A stretch of 64,000 nt of DNA from Candidatus Lambdaproteobacteria bacterium RIFOXYD2_FULL_56_26 (GTDB taxonomy: Bacteria > SAR324 > XYD2-FULL-50-16), in the NCBI GenBank assembly GCA_001783715.1, contig MFNF01000017.1, forward strand, positions 19,366-83,365, written 5' to 3'. The position numbers and the translations under genes were made by a program. Below, piece by piece: positions 19,193-27,809 of this stretch (positions are counted from its first letter, which is position 1; each line of letters starts with the position of its first letter). Under the pieces are notes generated by a model. It worked only from the letters and a program-made list of their open reading frames with translations. It was not told the origin of the DNA and did no database searches.

Positions 19193-20000
19193 TCAAGTCC
19201 TTGAGATAATGGTCGTAAAACTGACCTACCGCTTGGATTCCATGGGCATCAGAACCATAAACCAAGGGGATGGACAATTCCTGGGCCAAAGCCAAAAAAG
19301 CACCGGGCAGGTAGGCTTGGCCACAGGTTTTGCGGCCATAGCCCGAACAATTGTAATCCAACTGGTAGCCCGACCGGGCGATTTCCTGGGCCAAGGGGCG
19401 GTAAAAGTCCCGCTCCAAACGGCAAGGTTCAAACACCTGGGCAAACTTGTTGACCAGCCCCAGGTGTCCCAACCTTGTGGGGCGGTACTTGCGGAAAGGC
19501 AACTGGACCGATTCCTGCACCCAATGCCAATAGGCCAAGGTCACTGCTTCCAATCCACCATAATGGGGCAGCAGCCTTGCCGCCACGTCTTCGGGGGAAA
19601 AGTCCACCATCAAAGGCTCATCGGGGCCGGGCAAAAAGTGCAACGAAAGCAGGCTGTCCTCCAGTTGGTCCCCCCAGCGGTCATAGAAGTCAAGCACAAC
19701 CTCTTCAAAACCTGGAATGTAGTCCACCTCCAAGCCGACCAGGAGCTCGATCTGTCCCTGGTATTTTTGTTTGAGCCCCCGGACATGGTCGAAGTAGGGC
19801 TCCAGCTCCTGGGGCTTGAGGGCCAGTTCGTCAAAAAGTTTTTGGTCCGCCAATAGCCCCGGCGGCAAGGGGGCATGTTCGGTCAGGCTCAACCGCTCAA
19901 AGCCCAAGGCTACCGCTTGGCGGACCATCGCTTCGGTTGCCTCGCCTCTGCCATGTGGGCAAAACTGGCTGTGACAATGTCCGTCCCATTTTTTTCGCAT
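19185..20000 (-). CDS. PHP-family histidinol-phosphatase-like hydrolase (HisJ/HisK type)
   Basis: N-terminal DGHCHSQFCPHG metal-binding motif; LTEHAP; C-terminal SDAHG. Confidence 0.75.
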   Translation of the reverse strand: MRKKWDGHCHSQFCPHGRGEATEAMVRQAVALGFERLSLTEHAPLPPGLLADQKLFDELALKPQELEPYFDHVRGLKQKYQGQIELLVGLEVDYIPGFEEVVLDFYDRWGDQLEDSLLSLHFLPGPDEPLMVDFSPEDVAARLLPHYGGLEAVTLAYWHWVQESVQLPFRKYRPTRLGHLGLVNKFAQVFEPCRLERDFYRPLAQEIARSGYQLDYNCSGYGRKTCGQAYLPGAFLALAQELSIPLVYGSDAHGIQAVGQFYDHYLKDLNA

Positions 20001-20007
20001 CTTGGCT

Positions 20008-21192
20008 CTAGTCCAATTGTTTCTTTAAAAAGGGAGCGGTCAGGTCGGTGGTCACCAAGGCAAGTTTGCCCCCCAGGGCTTCCACCAGCCCCTGGTACTT
20101 GACCCTTTGGCCCTTGAGGACAAAAAGGTAGCCCAGAGGCAGTTGGTCTTTGACCGCAAGCAACCAAGCCTGCTTTTGGGGGCTCAAATACCGGAGCCAT
20201 TGGACCCGAACCTTGGTCTTGCCGTCACTGACCTCCAGGTCGGGCAGGAGATAACGGTTGCCGGGGAGCCGAATCACTTCGGTCAAAGACTTGGCGGTGC
20301 AGTGGGGATTGTATTGCTGATTGAACCGTTTTTCAACTGCCAGTATTTTCTCTTGTCCCCAATCCTGCCGCAAGTGGGTTTGGCTTCGGTATCCCGAGTC
20401 GGGGGTTACCTCAAACCCAAAGACCCCGGTTTTGCCTTGGGGCCGAATCCAGGCCTCCATCGACCATTGCCCCTTGAGGCCCAAGAGGCTGGGGAACAGG
20501 TTGGCCAGCTCCAAACCGTAGCTCCTGGGGTTTTCGAGCACCGATCCGGGGCCAGAGATGACCAGCCGGTTTCCCTTGGACCCCAGCGGTTCGACCTCAA
20601 AGAGCAGCCCAAAAAAACGGATCCGCTGCAACAATCCGGCAAAACAATCGGGGTCCAAAACCTCCAGGGTCAAGGAATCGGCCTTGAGCAGCAGCCCCTG
20701 GGCCTGGGCCAGATTGTACCGGTCCAAGAGTTCGCCGGCACTTTGGGGGGGCAGAGACAACAGAACTTGGTGGGAAGGGAGGTCGGCAAAAAGGATGGGC
20801 AAAGGGTCCGCTCCGGGGGGGATGGCGGGATGCCCCTTGAGGATCTGCTCCCGGTGCCCGGTCACCTCGGGCAAGGCGGTCGCCTGACCGTTCCAGTACC
20901 GGGCGGAAAGATCAAACACCTGTTCCCGCAAACTGGCCGGTTCTTCCACTTCCTTCTGCCGGAAGGTCCCCTGCTCCAGCAGCACCTTGACCAGCCCCAG
21001 GGTCACTTTGGGGTTGCCCGAAGAAACCTCCGAAAGGGCCGCCTCAAGGGTCTCCAAGCTTTCGCCGATCATTACCTGGGCCAATTCCAACAATGTTTGG
21101 GCCAGCTCCAGTGGGGCAGGTTCGGGCTTTAAAAACTTGGGGTAGGCCTTGGATTTGCGGAAGGTGGTGATTTGCAGCGGGCCGCTAAGCAT
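20008..21192 (-). CDS. hypothetical protein, possible DUF790 (Bax1-like nuclease partner of XPB)
   Basis: N-terminal pattern ...LQITTFRKSKAYPKFLKPEPAPLELAQTLLELAQVMIGESLETLEAALSE resembles the start of DUF790/Bax1 proteins. About 394 aa, the right size. Assignment from memory only. Confidence 0.4.
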   Translation of the reverse strand: MLSGPLQITTFRKSKAYPKFLKPEPAPLELAQTLLELAQVMIGESLETLEAALSEVSSGNPKVTLGLVKVLLEQGTFRQKEVEEPASLREQVFDLSARYWNGQATALPEVTGHREQILKGHPAIPPGADPLPILFADLPSHQVLLSLPPQSAGELLDRYNLAQAQGLLLKADSLTLEVLDPDCFAGLLQRIRFFGLLFEVEPLGSKGNRLVISGPGSVLENPRSYGLELANLFPSLLGLKGQWSMEAWIRPQGKTGVFGFEVTPDSGYRSQTHLRQDWGQEKILAVEKRFNQQYNPHCTAKSLTEVIRLPGNRYLLPDLEVSDGKTKVRVQWLRYLSPQKQAWLLAVKDQLPLGYLFVLKGQRVKYQGLVEALGGKLALVTTDLTAPFLKKQLD

Positions 21193-21285
21193 GGAGCCTC
21201 GCCGTTAAACGAAGGCCAGAGCGGCAAAGGCGCAAGGAAGGTAAGATGCCTGGAAGGGCAAGTCCGGCCATGGGGAGCCCAAGGC

Positions 21286-21486
21286 TCAAGGTTCCAAAGA
21301 CTTTTTGGCCTTTTTTTCCGCCCGCTGTTGGGAATAACCTACCACCACCAAAAAAACGAAGGCAGCCATCAACCCAAAGGCAACAAAAAAAACGGTCAGG
21401 TAAAAGGTACCAAACAACAAAAACTGGATGACTTCCATGGGGGCCAGGGAGAAACGCCCACAAGAGGGCATTAAAAAAGGGTCCAA
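21286..21486 (-). CDS. small 2-TM membrane protein with charged C-terminus (holin-like topology)
   Basis: 66 aa; hydrophobic segments FLLFGTFYLTVFFVAFGLMAAFVFLVVVGY; C-terminal RAEKKAKKSLEP. The start codon lies inside the fibre-2 terminator stem, so coding status is uncertain. Confidence 0.3.
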   Translation of the reverse strand: MDPFLMPSCGRFSLAPMEVIQFLLFGTFYLTVFFVAFGLMAAFVFLVVVGYSQQRAEKKAKKSLEP

Positions 21487-21514
21487 GGTAGAGTCTGAAC
21501 CCTACCTTGGACCC
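21473..21514 (-). terminator. rho-independent terminator after tail-fibre gene 2
   Basis: 13-bp perfect stem gggtccaaggtag / ctaccttggaccc with a 10-nt loop. On the minus strand it is followed by a U6 tract (complement of aaaaaa 21473-21478). Confidence 0.7.
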
Positions 21515-21600
21515 TCGCTTTCTGCCAAGAGGAATGTCTTTGTAAGGGACGGACGGTTTGGGTTACAAAGCCTACCGCCCAACCTCGGTTTTACCTAACT

Positions 21601-23031
21601 TTAAAACTCGGCATCCAAAGCAATCCAGGCGTAGTTACTGCCGGATTTCAGGAAACAAGGTTCGTTGATGTTGTAATCGTTGCCGGCACTGAATTCCATT
21701 ACTACTGAAACCAAATTTCCAACATTTGCATAGGCTGAAAGCAAGGACACGTTGTAGGAAACATAGTTGTTGTCCGAAGGCCTCCGAGAGTATCCCTGCC
21801 AAGTACCGCCATATGTCAAGTGGGGTAAGAAGAGTCTCATCGGCACCGGGGTAGAGAAGACCCCTTGGAAGGATAACCCGGAAGCAGACATGGCCCTGCA
21901 CAAAGCGACCTTGGTTTCTGGAAAGGTGGAGAAGCGGAAGTAAAAGGCTTGGGCCAATCGTAACTCCTCTTTGGCACACCGGAGATCAATCAAGGTTGCT
22001 ACCGGTCCTTCTTCAAGCTGCATCTGGCCCAGTTTGACCAGACCCCCGGCACCCAAGGAGCCGTCCGGCAAGACCAAAGCGAATTCCAATCCGTTCTCTA
22101 GGCCCGTGAAGGCAGAAAGATCAATCGTGGCCTTGACTTTGGTCCAAGTTGCAGGGGGGCAAGGTTGCAGAGCCTTGGTGGTATTGGCATTAAAGGCAAC
22201 AAAGGTGTCTTCCACGGTCGGGGTACAGTAGCGGATCGAAGGGGTGAAACTGCTGGCTCCGCCGTTGTAAATCCAGGCGGAATAGGTGGCCAACCCGCGG
22301 ATCATCGGGGTCATGGAGGCCTCGATTCGTTGCAGTACCTCAACCGTAGTCAGCCCGGTGGCACCGGTGAGCTGCATCAGGTACCGGCTTTTGCCGTTGG
22401 GCGGGTAGCCTGCCACCCGGTCAACCGTGACCGATGCCCCAAATGCAGTAATCATAAACCGGTCAGCCGCATATGCAGTAGTTGCGGTAAAAGTGGTCCC
22501 CCGTTGCCAAATGTCCAGGTTACCGTTGATCAGGACGTTTTTGAACCCCTGGGTCCGCTCCAACCTGGGGTTGCTCCGAGGGGCCAGGAAGTGGGCAAAG
22601 GGAGTGGTTCCGGGGGCGAGGATAGGGTCGTTGCCGGGGAGAGTAGCTTGGTAGTAGCCGGTGTAAAGTACCGGAAAAAGGTTGGAAGCATGGGCCAAGG
22701 CATTGTAGCCTTGGAGGGTGATTTTTTCGATCAGCCCGGTGTTGAGGTTGGCAAACCAAAGTTCGTGGGTGCTGCTGATGGTGACGGCCGTGTCGGCAAA
22801 GCTTTGGGTGGTCAAGGCTCCGGTGACAGGTTCATAAAACTCGACCACTAGATTTTTGAGCTGTCCTGAAATCGAATCATACTCACCTTCCAAGAGCCTA
22901 GTCTGGCTGTTGAGGCTGCTCAGGACCTGGGAAAGGATGTGGTAGCTGCGATAAAAGGGGCCGTCCCAGGTTTCGCTCCCTGGCTCGCTGTAACAAAGAC
23001 CTAAAGAGTCCATTTTTTCGGTAAACGCCAT
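21601..23031 (-). CDS. phage tail fibre-like protein, paralog 2
   Basis: 476 aa. The N-terminus (SEPGSETWDGPFYRSYHILSQVLSSLN) is near-identical to the next gene. A conserved mid-block (APRSNPRLERTQGFKNVLINGNLDIWQRG) is followed by a diverged C-terminal part. Position immediately after gpJ/gpI-like genes. Confidence 0.55.
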   Translation of the reverse strand: MAFTEKMDSLGLCYSEPGSETWDGPFYRSYHILSQVLSSLNSQTRLLEGEYDSISGQLKNLVVEFYEPVTGALTTQSFADTAVTISSTHELWFANLNTGLIEKITLQGYNALAHASNLFPVLYTGYYQATLPGNDPILAPGTTPFAHFLAPRSNPRLERTQGFKNVLINGNLDIWQRGTTFTATTAYAADRFMITAFGASVTVDRVAGYPPNGKSRYLMQLTGATGLTTVEVLQRIEASMTPMIRGLATYSAWIYNGGASSFTPSIRYCTPTVEDTFVAFNANTTKALQPCPPATWTKVKATIDLSAFTGLENGLEFALVLPDGSLGAGGLVKLGQMQLEEGPVATLIDLRCAKEELRLAQAFYFRFSTFPETKVALCRAMSASGLSFQGVFSTPVPMRLFLPHLTYGGTWQGYSRRPSDNNYVSYNVSLLSAYANVGNLVSVVMEFSAGNDYNINEPCFLKSGSNYAWIALDAEF

Positions 23032-23152
23032 CTGTGCCTCGTGGGGAATAAAGGAAAGGGAAAAGGAGTCATGGATCGGTTATTCCCCTTTTGATTCAAA
23101 AACGGCAGAGGGAAGGGATTCCGATCCCAGAGAAGGGGCAGACAACCGGGAG

Positions 23153-23182
23153 GAGAAAACAGGGCCTTTGGCAAAGGCCCTG
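23153..23182 (-). terminator. rho-independent terminator after tail-fibre gene 1
   Basis: Palindrome cagggcctttg-g-caaaggccctg just past the stop codon, followed on the minus strand by UUUUCUC. Confidence 0.55.
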
Positions 23183-23190
23183 GAGAGAGG

Positions 23191-24645
23191 TTAAAAGTCG
23201 CCTAAGATCCAAATATTCTCTTCAATCATGTAATAATAAGAAGCAGAGGGGACAGCACTAGTGGCATCGAAAAAGAGCATGGCACTGTAAAGCGTAATAT
23301 GTGACAAACTGGGATTGCTGAGTTGTATTGAACCGACAGAAAACCAAGTGATGGTTTCAGTTCCCGACTGCATTACGCTGAGAGCCGTGTTCGCCTTGGG
23401 CACTTGAAATCTTACATCTGCATAACAGACAGTGCCATCGAAGCCGTTAATGTGAGTCATGGCTGCGACTTTTTCCATGTACCGCTGGCAGAGCACCAGT
23501 TCTTCCTGCTCATTGCGAAATTCAAAGCCGGTGGGGATGGAGCCGACCTCCAGCTGCACCTGAGAAAGGGCAAAGTTGTTTAAGGTCCCCGCTTGGTTGA
23601 CTTGGTTTGCCGTACCGTACACCTGAGCGCCCGACCAACTGTCTTTGGCCCCCTGCCAATTGGAGCCGATCACCAAGGCCCAGTTGACTCGCAACCCAAC
23701 CACGCCGGGGCTGGTCAACCAGGAGGAAACTTGGTCGTCAAAGCGCAAGGTGATGGATTTTTTCTCCCAGCTGTTGGCGGCTTGGATGCTGTATTCGGCC
23801 AAGTAACTTCGGGTGCCGTCATGGTTGAGGAAAGAAACGCTGTAAGTCCCAGGGACTCCTGACCGGACCCAAAAGCTTAAGGTCAGTTCCTGGCCCAACA
23901 AAACCCTGGACAAGTGTCCTTCGATCCGTTGGCTGATAAAACAAAGAGAGTCCGGGGTGGAAGCCAGGGACGCATTGTTTTGGACGGTGGCCACATCGGT
24001 TTGAAAGCAATTTTTGGAATGGACCCCACTTTGGGAAGGCGTAGGAGGATTGTTTTCTAGGGCCACATTATAGACCGCCGTGCAAGTGGGATTGTTGTAA
24101 AAATACCAACGGTCCGCAGTGTACTGTGCCCCGCCGACCCCAAGAAAACTGGACCCTCGCTGCCAAATGTCAAAGTTTCCGTTCATAATCAGGTTCTTAA
24201 AATGCCGCTGTTTTTCCATCCTGGGGTTGGTCCTGGGGGCCAGGAGCTCGGCGAAGGGGGTCCGGGTTGCACCGGCGGATTGGTAAAAACCTGTGTAAAG
24301 TAAGGGAAATTTGTTGAGCTGATGGGAAACCGATTGGTAGTTGTCCAAGGTCTGTTTGGCGATTTGCCCGGTCAGGCTGTCGGCGTACCAAAGTTCCGGC
24401 AGGTCGGAGATGGTGACCCCCAGGTCCGGGAAAGCCATGCGGGTGAGGCTGTTGGCGGTAGGATTAAAAAACTCCACTTCGATGCCTTTGAGCAAACCAG
24501 TGGTGTCCGTAAGGGATTGATACTCCCCTTTGGTCAACCTAGATTGACCGTTGAGGTTGCTCAAAACGTGAGAAAGAATGTGATAAGACCGGTAAAAAGG
24601 TCCGTCCCAGGTCTCGCTGCCCGGTTCGCCAAACTGCAGTCCCAA
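23191..24645 (-). CDS. phage tail fibre-like protein, paralog 1
   Basis: 484 aa. Shares the N-terminal anchor block (EPGSETWDGPFYRSYHILSHVLSNLN) and the mid-block (APRTNPRMEKQRHFKNLIMNGNFDIWQRG) with 21601..23031. The distal part is diverged. Confidence 0.55.
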   Translation of the reverse strand: MGLQFGEPGSETWDGPFYRSYHILSHVLSNLNGQSRLTKGEYQSLTDTTGLLKGIEVEFFNPTANSLTRMAFPDLGVTISDLPELWYADSLTGQIAKQTLDNYQSVSHQLNKFPLLYTGFYQSAGATRTPFAELLAPRTNPRMEKQRHFKNLIMNGNFDIWQRGSSFLGVGGAQYTADRWYFYNNPTCTAVYNVALENNPPTPSQSGVHSKNCFQTDVATVQNNASLASTPDSLCFISQRIEGHLSRVLLGQELTLSFWVRSGVPGTYSVSFLNHDGTRSYLAEYSIQAANSWEKKSITLRFDDQVSSWLTSPGVVGLRVNWALVIGSNWQGAKDSWSGAQVYGTANQVNQAGTLNNFALSQVQLEVGSIPTGFEFRNEQEELVLCQRYMEKVAAMTHINGFDGTVCYADVRFQVPKANTALSVMQSGTETITWFSVGSIQLSNPSLSHITLYSAMLFFDATSAVPSASYYYMIEENIWILGDF

Positions 24646-24791
24646 AGGGTTGTTTTTTCGGTAAAGGCCATTTTGTTTCTCCTAGAGAGGGGTGATTTAA
24701 CTTCACCGATCTCACCGCACTTTTTGGTGTTTCATTAGCCGGAAAGCATTCCAAAATCACCAATTCAACCACTTTTTTAGCCCCGCTAGGC

Positions 24792-24830
24792 AAAAAAAAG
24801 CCCCGTCTCCTGGCCGTAAGGAGACGGGGC
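24792..24830 (-). terminator. strong rho-independent terminator between the gpI-like gene and the tail-fibre genes
   Basis: Perfect 11-bp GC-rich stem gccccgtctcc / ggagacggggc with a 9-nt loop, followed on the minus strand by U8 (complement of aaaaaaaa 24792-24799). Confidence 0.8.
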
Positions 24831-24849
24831 CGATTTAAAAAAAGGACTT

Positions 24850-25446
24850 TTAATGTCCCAAAAAAAACCAGCCTAGAGGCGAGACCCCCAACCCAACGGT
24901 TTTGGGTTCAGGTGGGTGGGCCAAGGCGTAGGCGGTTTCGGCCAGGGTTCGGCCCAGCTTTACCCGGCCCAGGCCGCCGGGCAGCCTGGGGTAAAGGATG
25001 TCGCTGCTGAATTTGCACCTCGCCGGGGAGATGTGCAGGATGTACTGGGTGATCAGGTTCATGTCGTTGGCCCCTGGGTCCAGACGGATCCGCAAACATT
25101 GGGGACCATAGAGTTCCCGGTACGGAAAGGTCGGGGACCTCAGGTCGATCCACTCGAAGTAGGAAAGCCCAAACAGGGTCTGGACCGCTTGCAGGGACCG
25201 GAGGGTCCCAAAATCTTGGGCTAAAATCTCATACCCTTGGATGTATTCCCGCTTGGACTGGTTCAATTCGGCGGGCCGGTTGGGCAGTTCCTCCCACCAC
25301 TGGTCAACCGCCGTGCCGGGCATGCTGTTGAAGTGAACCCAATCGGCAATTTGGTTCACCTTTTCCGTCATCAGCCCCCAACAAACTTCTTTGAGTTTGT
25401 ACAAGTGCAAAACCGGGGGGCTTTGCAACCACCATTTTGTAATCAT
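24850..25446 (-). CDS. phage tail protein I-like (P2 gpI / Mu gp48 family) baseplate protein
   Basis: 198 aa. WWEELPNRPAELNQSKREYIQGYEILAQDFGTLRSLQAV resembles the conserved W..W..kR..I...h..kGT core of Tail_P2_I. Located directly after baseplate J as in P2/Mu. Confidence 0.4.
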   Translation of the reverse strand: MITKWWLQSPPVLHLYKLKEVCWGLMTEKVNQIADWVHFNSMPGTAVDQWWEELPNRPAELNQSKREYIQGYEILAQDFGTLRSLQAVQTLFGLSYFEWIDLRSPTFPYRELYGPQCLRIRLDPGANDMNLITQYILHISPARCKFSSDILYPRLPGGLGRVKLGRTLAETAYALAHPPEPKTVGLGVSPLGWFFLGH

Positions 25447-25458
25447 CTCTGGCTCTTG

Positions 25459-26544
25459 TTAAGGAAGGATTGTAACCGTAGGGGAAAAATACTTGCCGAG
25501 CGGCAAAACGGCCGTTTCCGGGGTCAGGTGAATCGGGCTGCCCACCAATTCGGGCACATTGCGGTAAAGGTGATAGACCAACAGGGATTCATCGAAGTTT
25601 TGCCCTCTGGGCATACCGGCGAAATAAGTGTTCACTTGGTCCAATACTTTGGTTTCCAGGGCCAGGGGATGGGGGACAAAAAGTTGGATCGTCAAATTGA
25701 GGGTCTCGGAGCTGGCCAATTCCACTACCGCCAAGTCGGTGGCCATCAAAACCGATTCCAAGGCCACCAATGCATCGGCAGCGAGGTTAGAGTTGAGTCC
25801 GGCACCATAAAGGGTAAAATGGAGGGTAGCGGTAACCGGGTCCACCGAATCCAAAAGGGCAAATTCCACCTCCGGCACCGACAAAAGGGCCGCTTGGTAC
25901 TTGGCTTCAATCCCATAATCCAGGCTTTGGCTCCATTTTTTGTTTAAGATTCGGGTTCGTAGCTCCAGGTCGGTTTCCACGTCCGTTCCGGCGATTGCAG
26001 CAGCGAAGTTGGTAACGGTCAAAACGTTCAGGCCACCACTCACTTGGGTGATCTGGTTGTTGAGCAGGTTGTACTTTTGCCCGATTTCCAGCGCCTCTAC
26101 TAGGATGTCGCAGTTGGTGGTCGGAGCATCAAAACTGTAATTTTGTACAGGGACATAGGTCCGAGGGTTGGCCTCAAACACCGAAAAAAGAAGGTCGGTG
26201 GTGATCTCCAAAGGACTGGCGTTGGTCTTGGTGACCCGGACCCAAAGGCGGGCCTTGGCCCCCAGGCTACGGGTCAGGTCATAATCGGTGGCAAACCGCT
26301 CCAACCAAGTCCCGGTAGCGGAGCTGACGAACAGTTGGGGCAATAGGGCCTCTACGGCCTGCAAAAAAAGCCGGTAAGGTTCCTTAAAAAGAATCATCAA
26401 CAGGTTAAAAAAAACCGAGTTTTTGGTTATGGCGGCGTTCTCAAAGAGCGTCCCCACCGAGGCCTCCTTGATTTTGGTCTCCATGGCCGTGTCGTCGGCT
26501 AGGTTGATCTCTGCCATCATCTTTGAAAGCGTAGCTGCATCCAT
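25459..26544 (-). CDS. baseplate J-like protein (gpJ / gp47 / gp6 family)
   Basis: 361 aa. Size, position (after gp25/spike, before gpI and fibres) and overall pattern are consistent with Baseplate_J. Family membership not verified by search. Confidence 0.5.
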   Translation of the reverse strand: MDAATLSKMMAEINLADDTAMETKIKEASVGTLFENAAITKNSVFFNLLMILFKEPYRLFLQAVEALLPQLFVSSATGTWLERFATDYDLTRSLGAKARLWVRVTKTNASPLEITTDLLFSVFEANPRTYVPVQNYSFDAPTTNCDILVEALEIGQKYNLLNNQITQVSGGLNVLTVTNFAAAIAGTDVETDLELRTRILNKKWSQSLDYGIEAKYQAALLSVPEVEFALLDSVDPVTATLHFTLYGAGLNSNLAADALVALESVLMATDLAVVELASSETLNLTIQLFVPHPLALETKVLDQVNTYFAGMPRGQNFDESLLVYHLYRNVPELVGSPIHLTPETAVLPLGKYFSPTVTILP

Positions 26545-26634
26545 CTGGGTCCGTTAAAGGAAAGTTCCAAGTTTTATCTACCCTTTGTGGCCAAGGGCGG
26601 ACGGGGGAGAGGATAGGTCGGTCGGAAGTAAAAG

Positions 26635-26874
26635 TCAGCTGACCAGGGTAGAAGTGAAGGTCCCGGTGACCGGCCCCGAAGGACTGGTTCCGGTGATGGT
26701 CCCTGTGACCACTGCCTTTTTGACCTCCAGAACGATCAGGTTGATCAAGTCCTTGAGGTCCTGAGGGGCCACCGCCTGCTCGCCGTAGCGGCTTTGCAGC
26801 AGACTTTGGAATTGGGTGGCAATGCCGTTTGAATCCATGGCCATGGCGGTCCTATTTTTGGGTGGTTTTGCCAA
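26635..26874 (-). CDS. small hypothetical protein in the baseplate module (79 aa)
   Basis: Gly/Thr-rich C-terminus VVTGTITGTSPSGPVTGTFTSTLVS. Overlaps the spike gene 3' end; the true start may be an internal Met at about 26844. Could be a PAAR-like tip or plug, but no PAAR motif was recognised. Confidence 0.3.
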   Translation of the reverse strand: MAKPPKNRTAMAMDSNGIATQFQSLLQSRYGEQAVAPQDLKDLINLIVLEVKKAVVTGTITGTSPSGPVTGTFTSTLVS

Positions 26875-27445
26875 GTTTAACGTTAGATTTGATCAAGTCG
26901 TAGTTGTTTTTCAGGTTGGCTAGGTTTTGTTGCACCGTGGCAAGATTGGCCAGGGGGCTGCCCAGGTTCCCGGCTTGGCCCAACAGTTCAATGGCATCCA
27001 TAATCCCGGTCAAGAGATCACAAAGCTTGTTGGCCAAGACGGCAAAATCCTCTCCCGAACCGATTTCAATTTGGTCGGCTCCCTCTAAACGCAGAACCCC
27101 GGATTTTTGCTGCACCTCTTGCCCTTCGGGCATCAAGGCCAACAGCACCGCCTGGTTCATTCGCCAGTAGGGAAAAGCCAAAAGGCAAAGGTCGCCGGGC
27201 CTTGGGGGGTCAAAAATATGCCGGGAGACCCGATGCAGCGGAATCTGGGTCAAAGTGTTCAGGCCGGGCAAAGCCGTAAAGTCCCCGGCCAAAAGCTGAA
27301 CGTCGCAGCAGGCGTAAGGGGTCGCCTTGGAATGTTTCCCGGCGGCTTCATAGACCTTTTGCACTTTGGCGTAATACAGGTGCTGGTAGCCCCCCAAGCC
27401 CGGAAAGGCACGGAGTACCAGCTTTTTAAGATCCTTGAGCAGCAT
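26852..27445 (-). CDS. baseplate spike protein, gpV / Mu gp45-like (Phage_base_V OB-fold)
   Basis: YAKVQKVYEAAGK...VQLL...FDPPRPGDLCLLAFPYWRMNQAVLLALMP matches the gpV pattern (W.PP.vGeqVlvlf.gGd...gvvlg..y). C-terminal coiled-coil-like segment. Confidence 0.45.
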   Translation of the reverse strand: MLLKDLKKLVLRAFPGLGGYQHLYYAKVQKVYEAAGKHSKATPYACCDVQLLAGDFTALPGLNTLTQIPLHRVSRHIFDPPRPGDLCLLAFPYWRMNQAVLLALMPEGQEVQQKSGVLRLEGADQIEIGSGEDFAVLANKLCDLLTGIMDAIELLGQAGNLGSPLANLATVQQNLANLKNNYDLIKSNVKLGKTTQK

Positions 27446-27779
27446 ACAGCAGGTCCTCGAAGTACAGGGTCAAACTCTTGCCGGAGTCGTAGGAAAGCTC
27501 CAGCCGGAGATCCAATTTGGAGCCTTGGAGTTGGTGCTTGATGCTGCCGACCCGAATCTCCGGGTGAGACATTTCCAAACTGAACATCAGCTGGGTGGCG
27601 ATCAACTCGGCCTCTTCCGGTTCGGCACCAAAAAAAAGTCGGGCCAAGGGACTGTCCATCAAGGCAAGCTGGATCGATTGGGTCAAAGCGCCTTCTCCAG
27701 TCACCAGCAAAGGTTCGGCAAATTCATCGAGTTGAAAACCCAGAGAGACCGGGTCCCATTTAAGGTCGAGCAGGGTCAT
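27426..27779 (-). CDS. gp25 / gpW-like baseplate wedge protein (GPW_gp25 family)
   Basis: 117 aa. ALTQSIQLALMDSPLARLFFGAEP ... ELIATQLMFSLEMSHPEIRV parallels P2 gpW ISQSIGDILRTPVGSRVMRRDYG ... ELQIKVACYMAVLKWEPRV. Confidence 0.55.
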   Translation of the reverse strand: MTLLDLKWDPVSLGFQLDEFAEPLLVTGEGALTQSIQLALMDSPLARLFFGAEPEEAELIATQLMFSLEMSHPEIRVGSIKHQLQGSKLDLRLELSYDSGKSLTLYFEDLLYAAQGS

Positions 27780-27809
27780 GTCGTTGTTTGGTGTGAGGTT
27801 GGGGGGAAT

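Noticed and set aside
20107-21132. 341-aa plus-strand ORF
   Set aside because: Antisense to the DUF790-like gene; low-complexity Gly/Pro/Gln composition.
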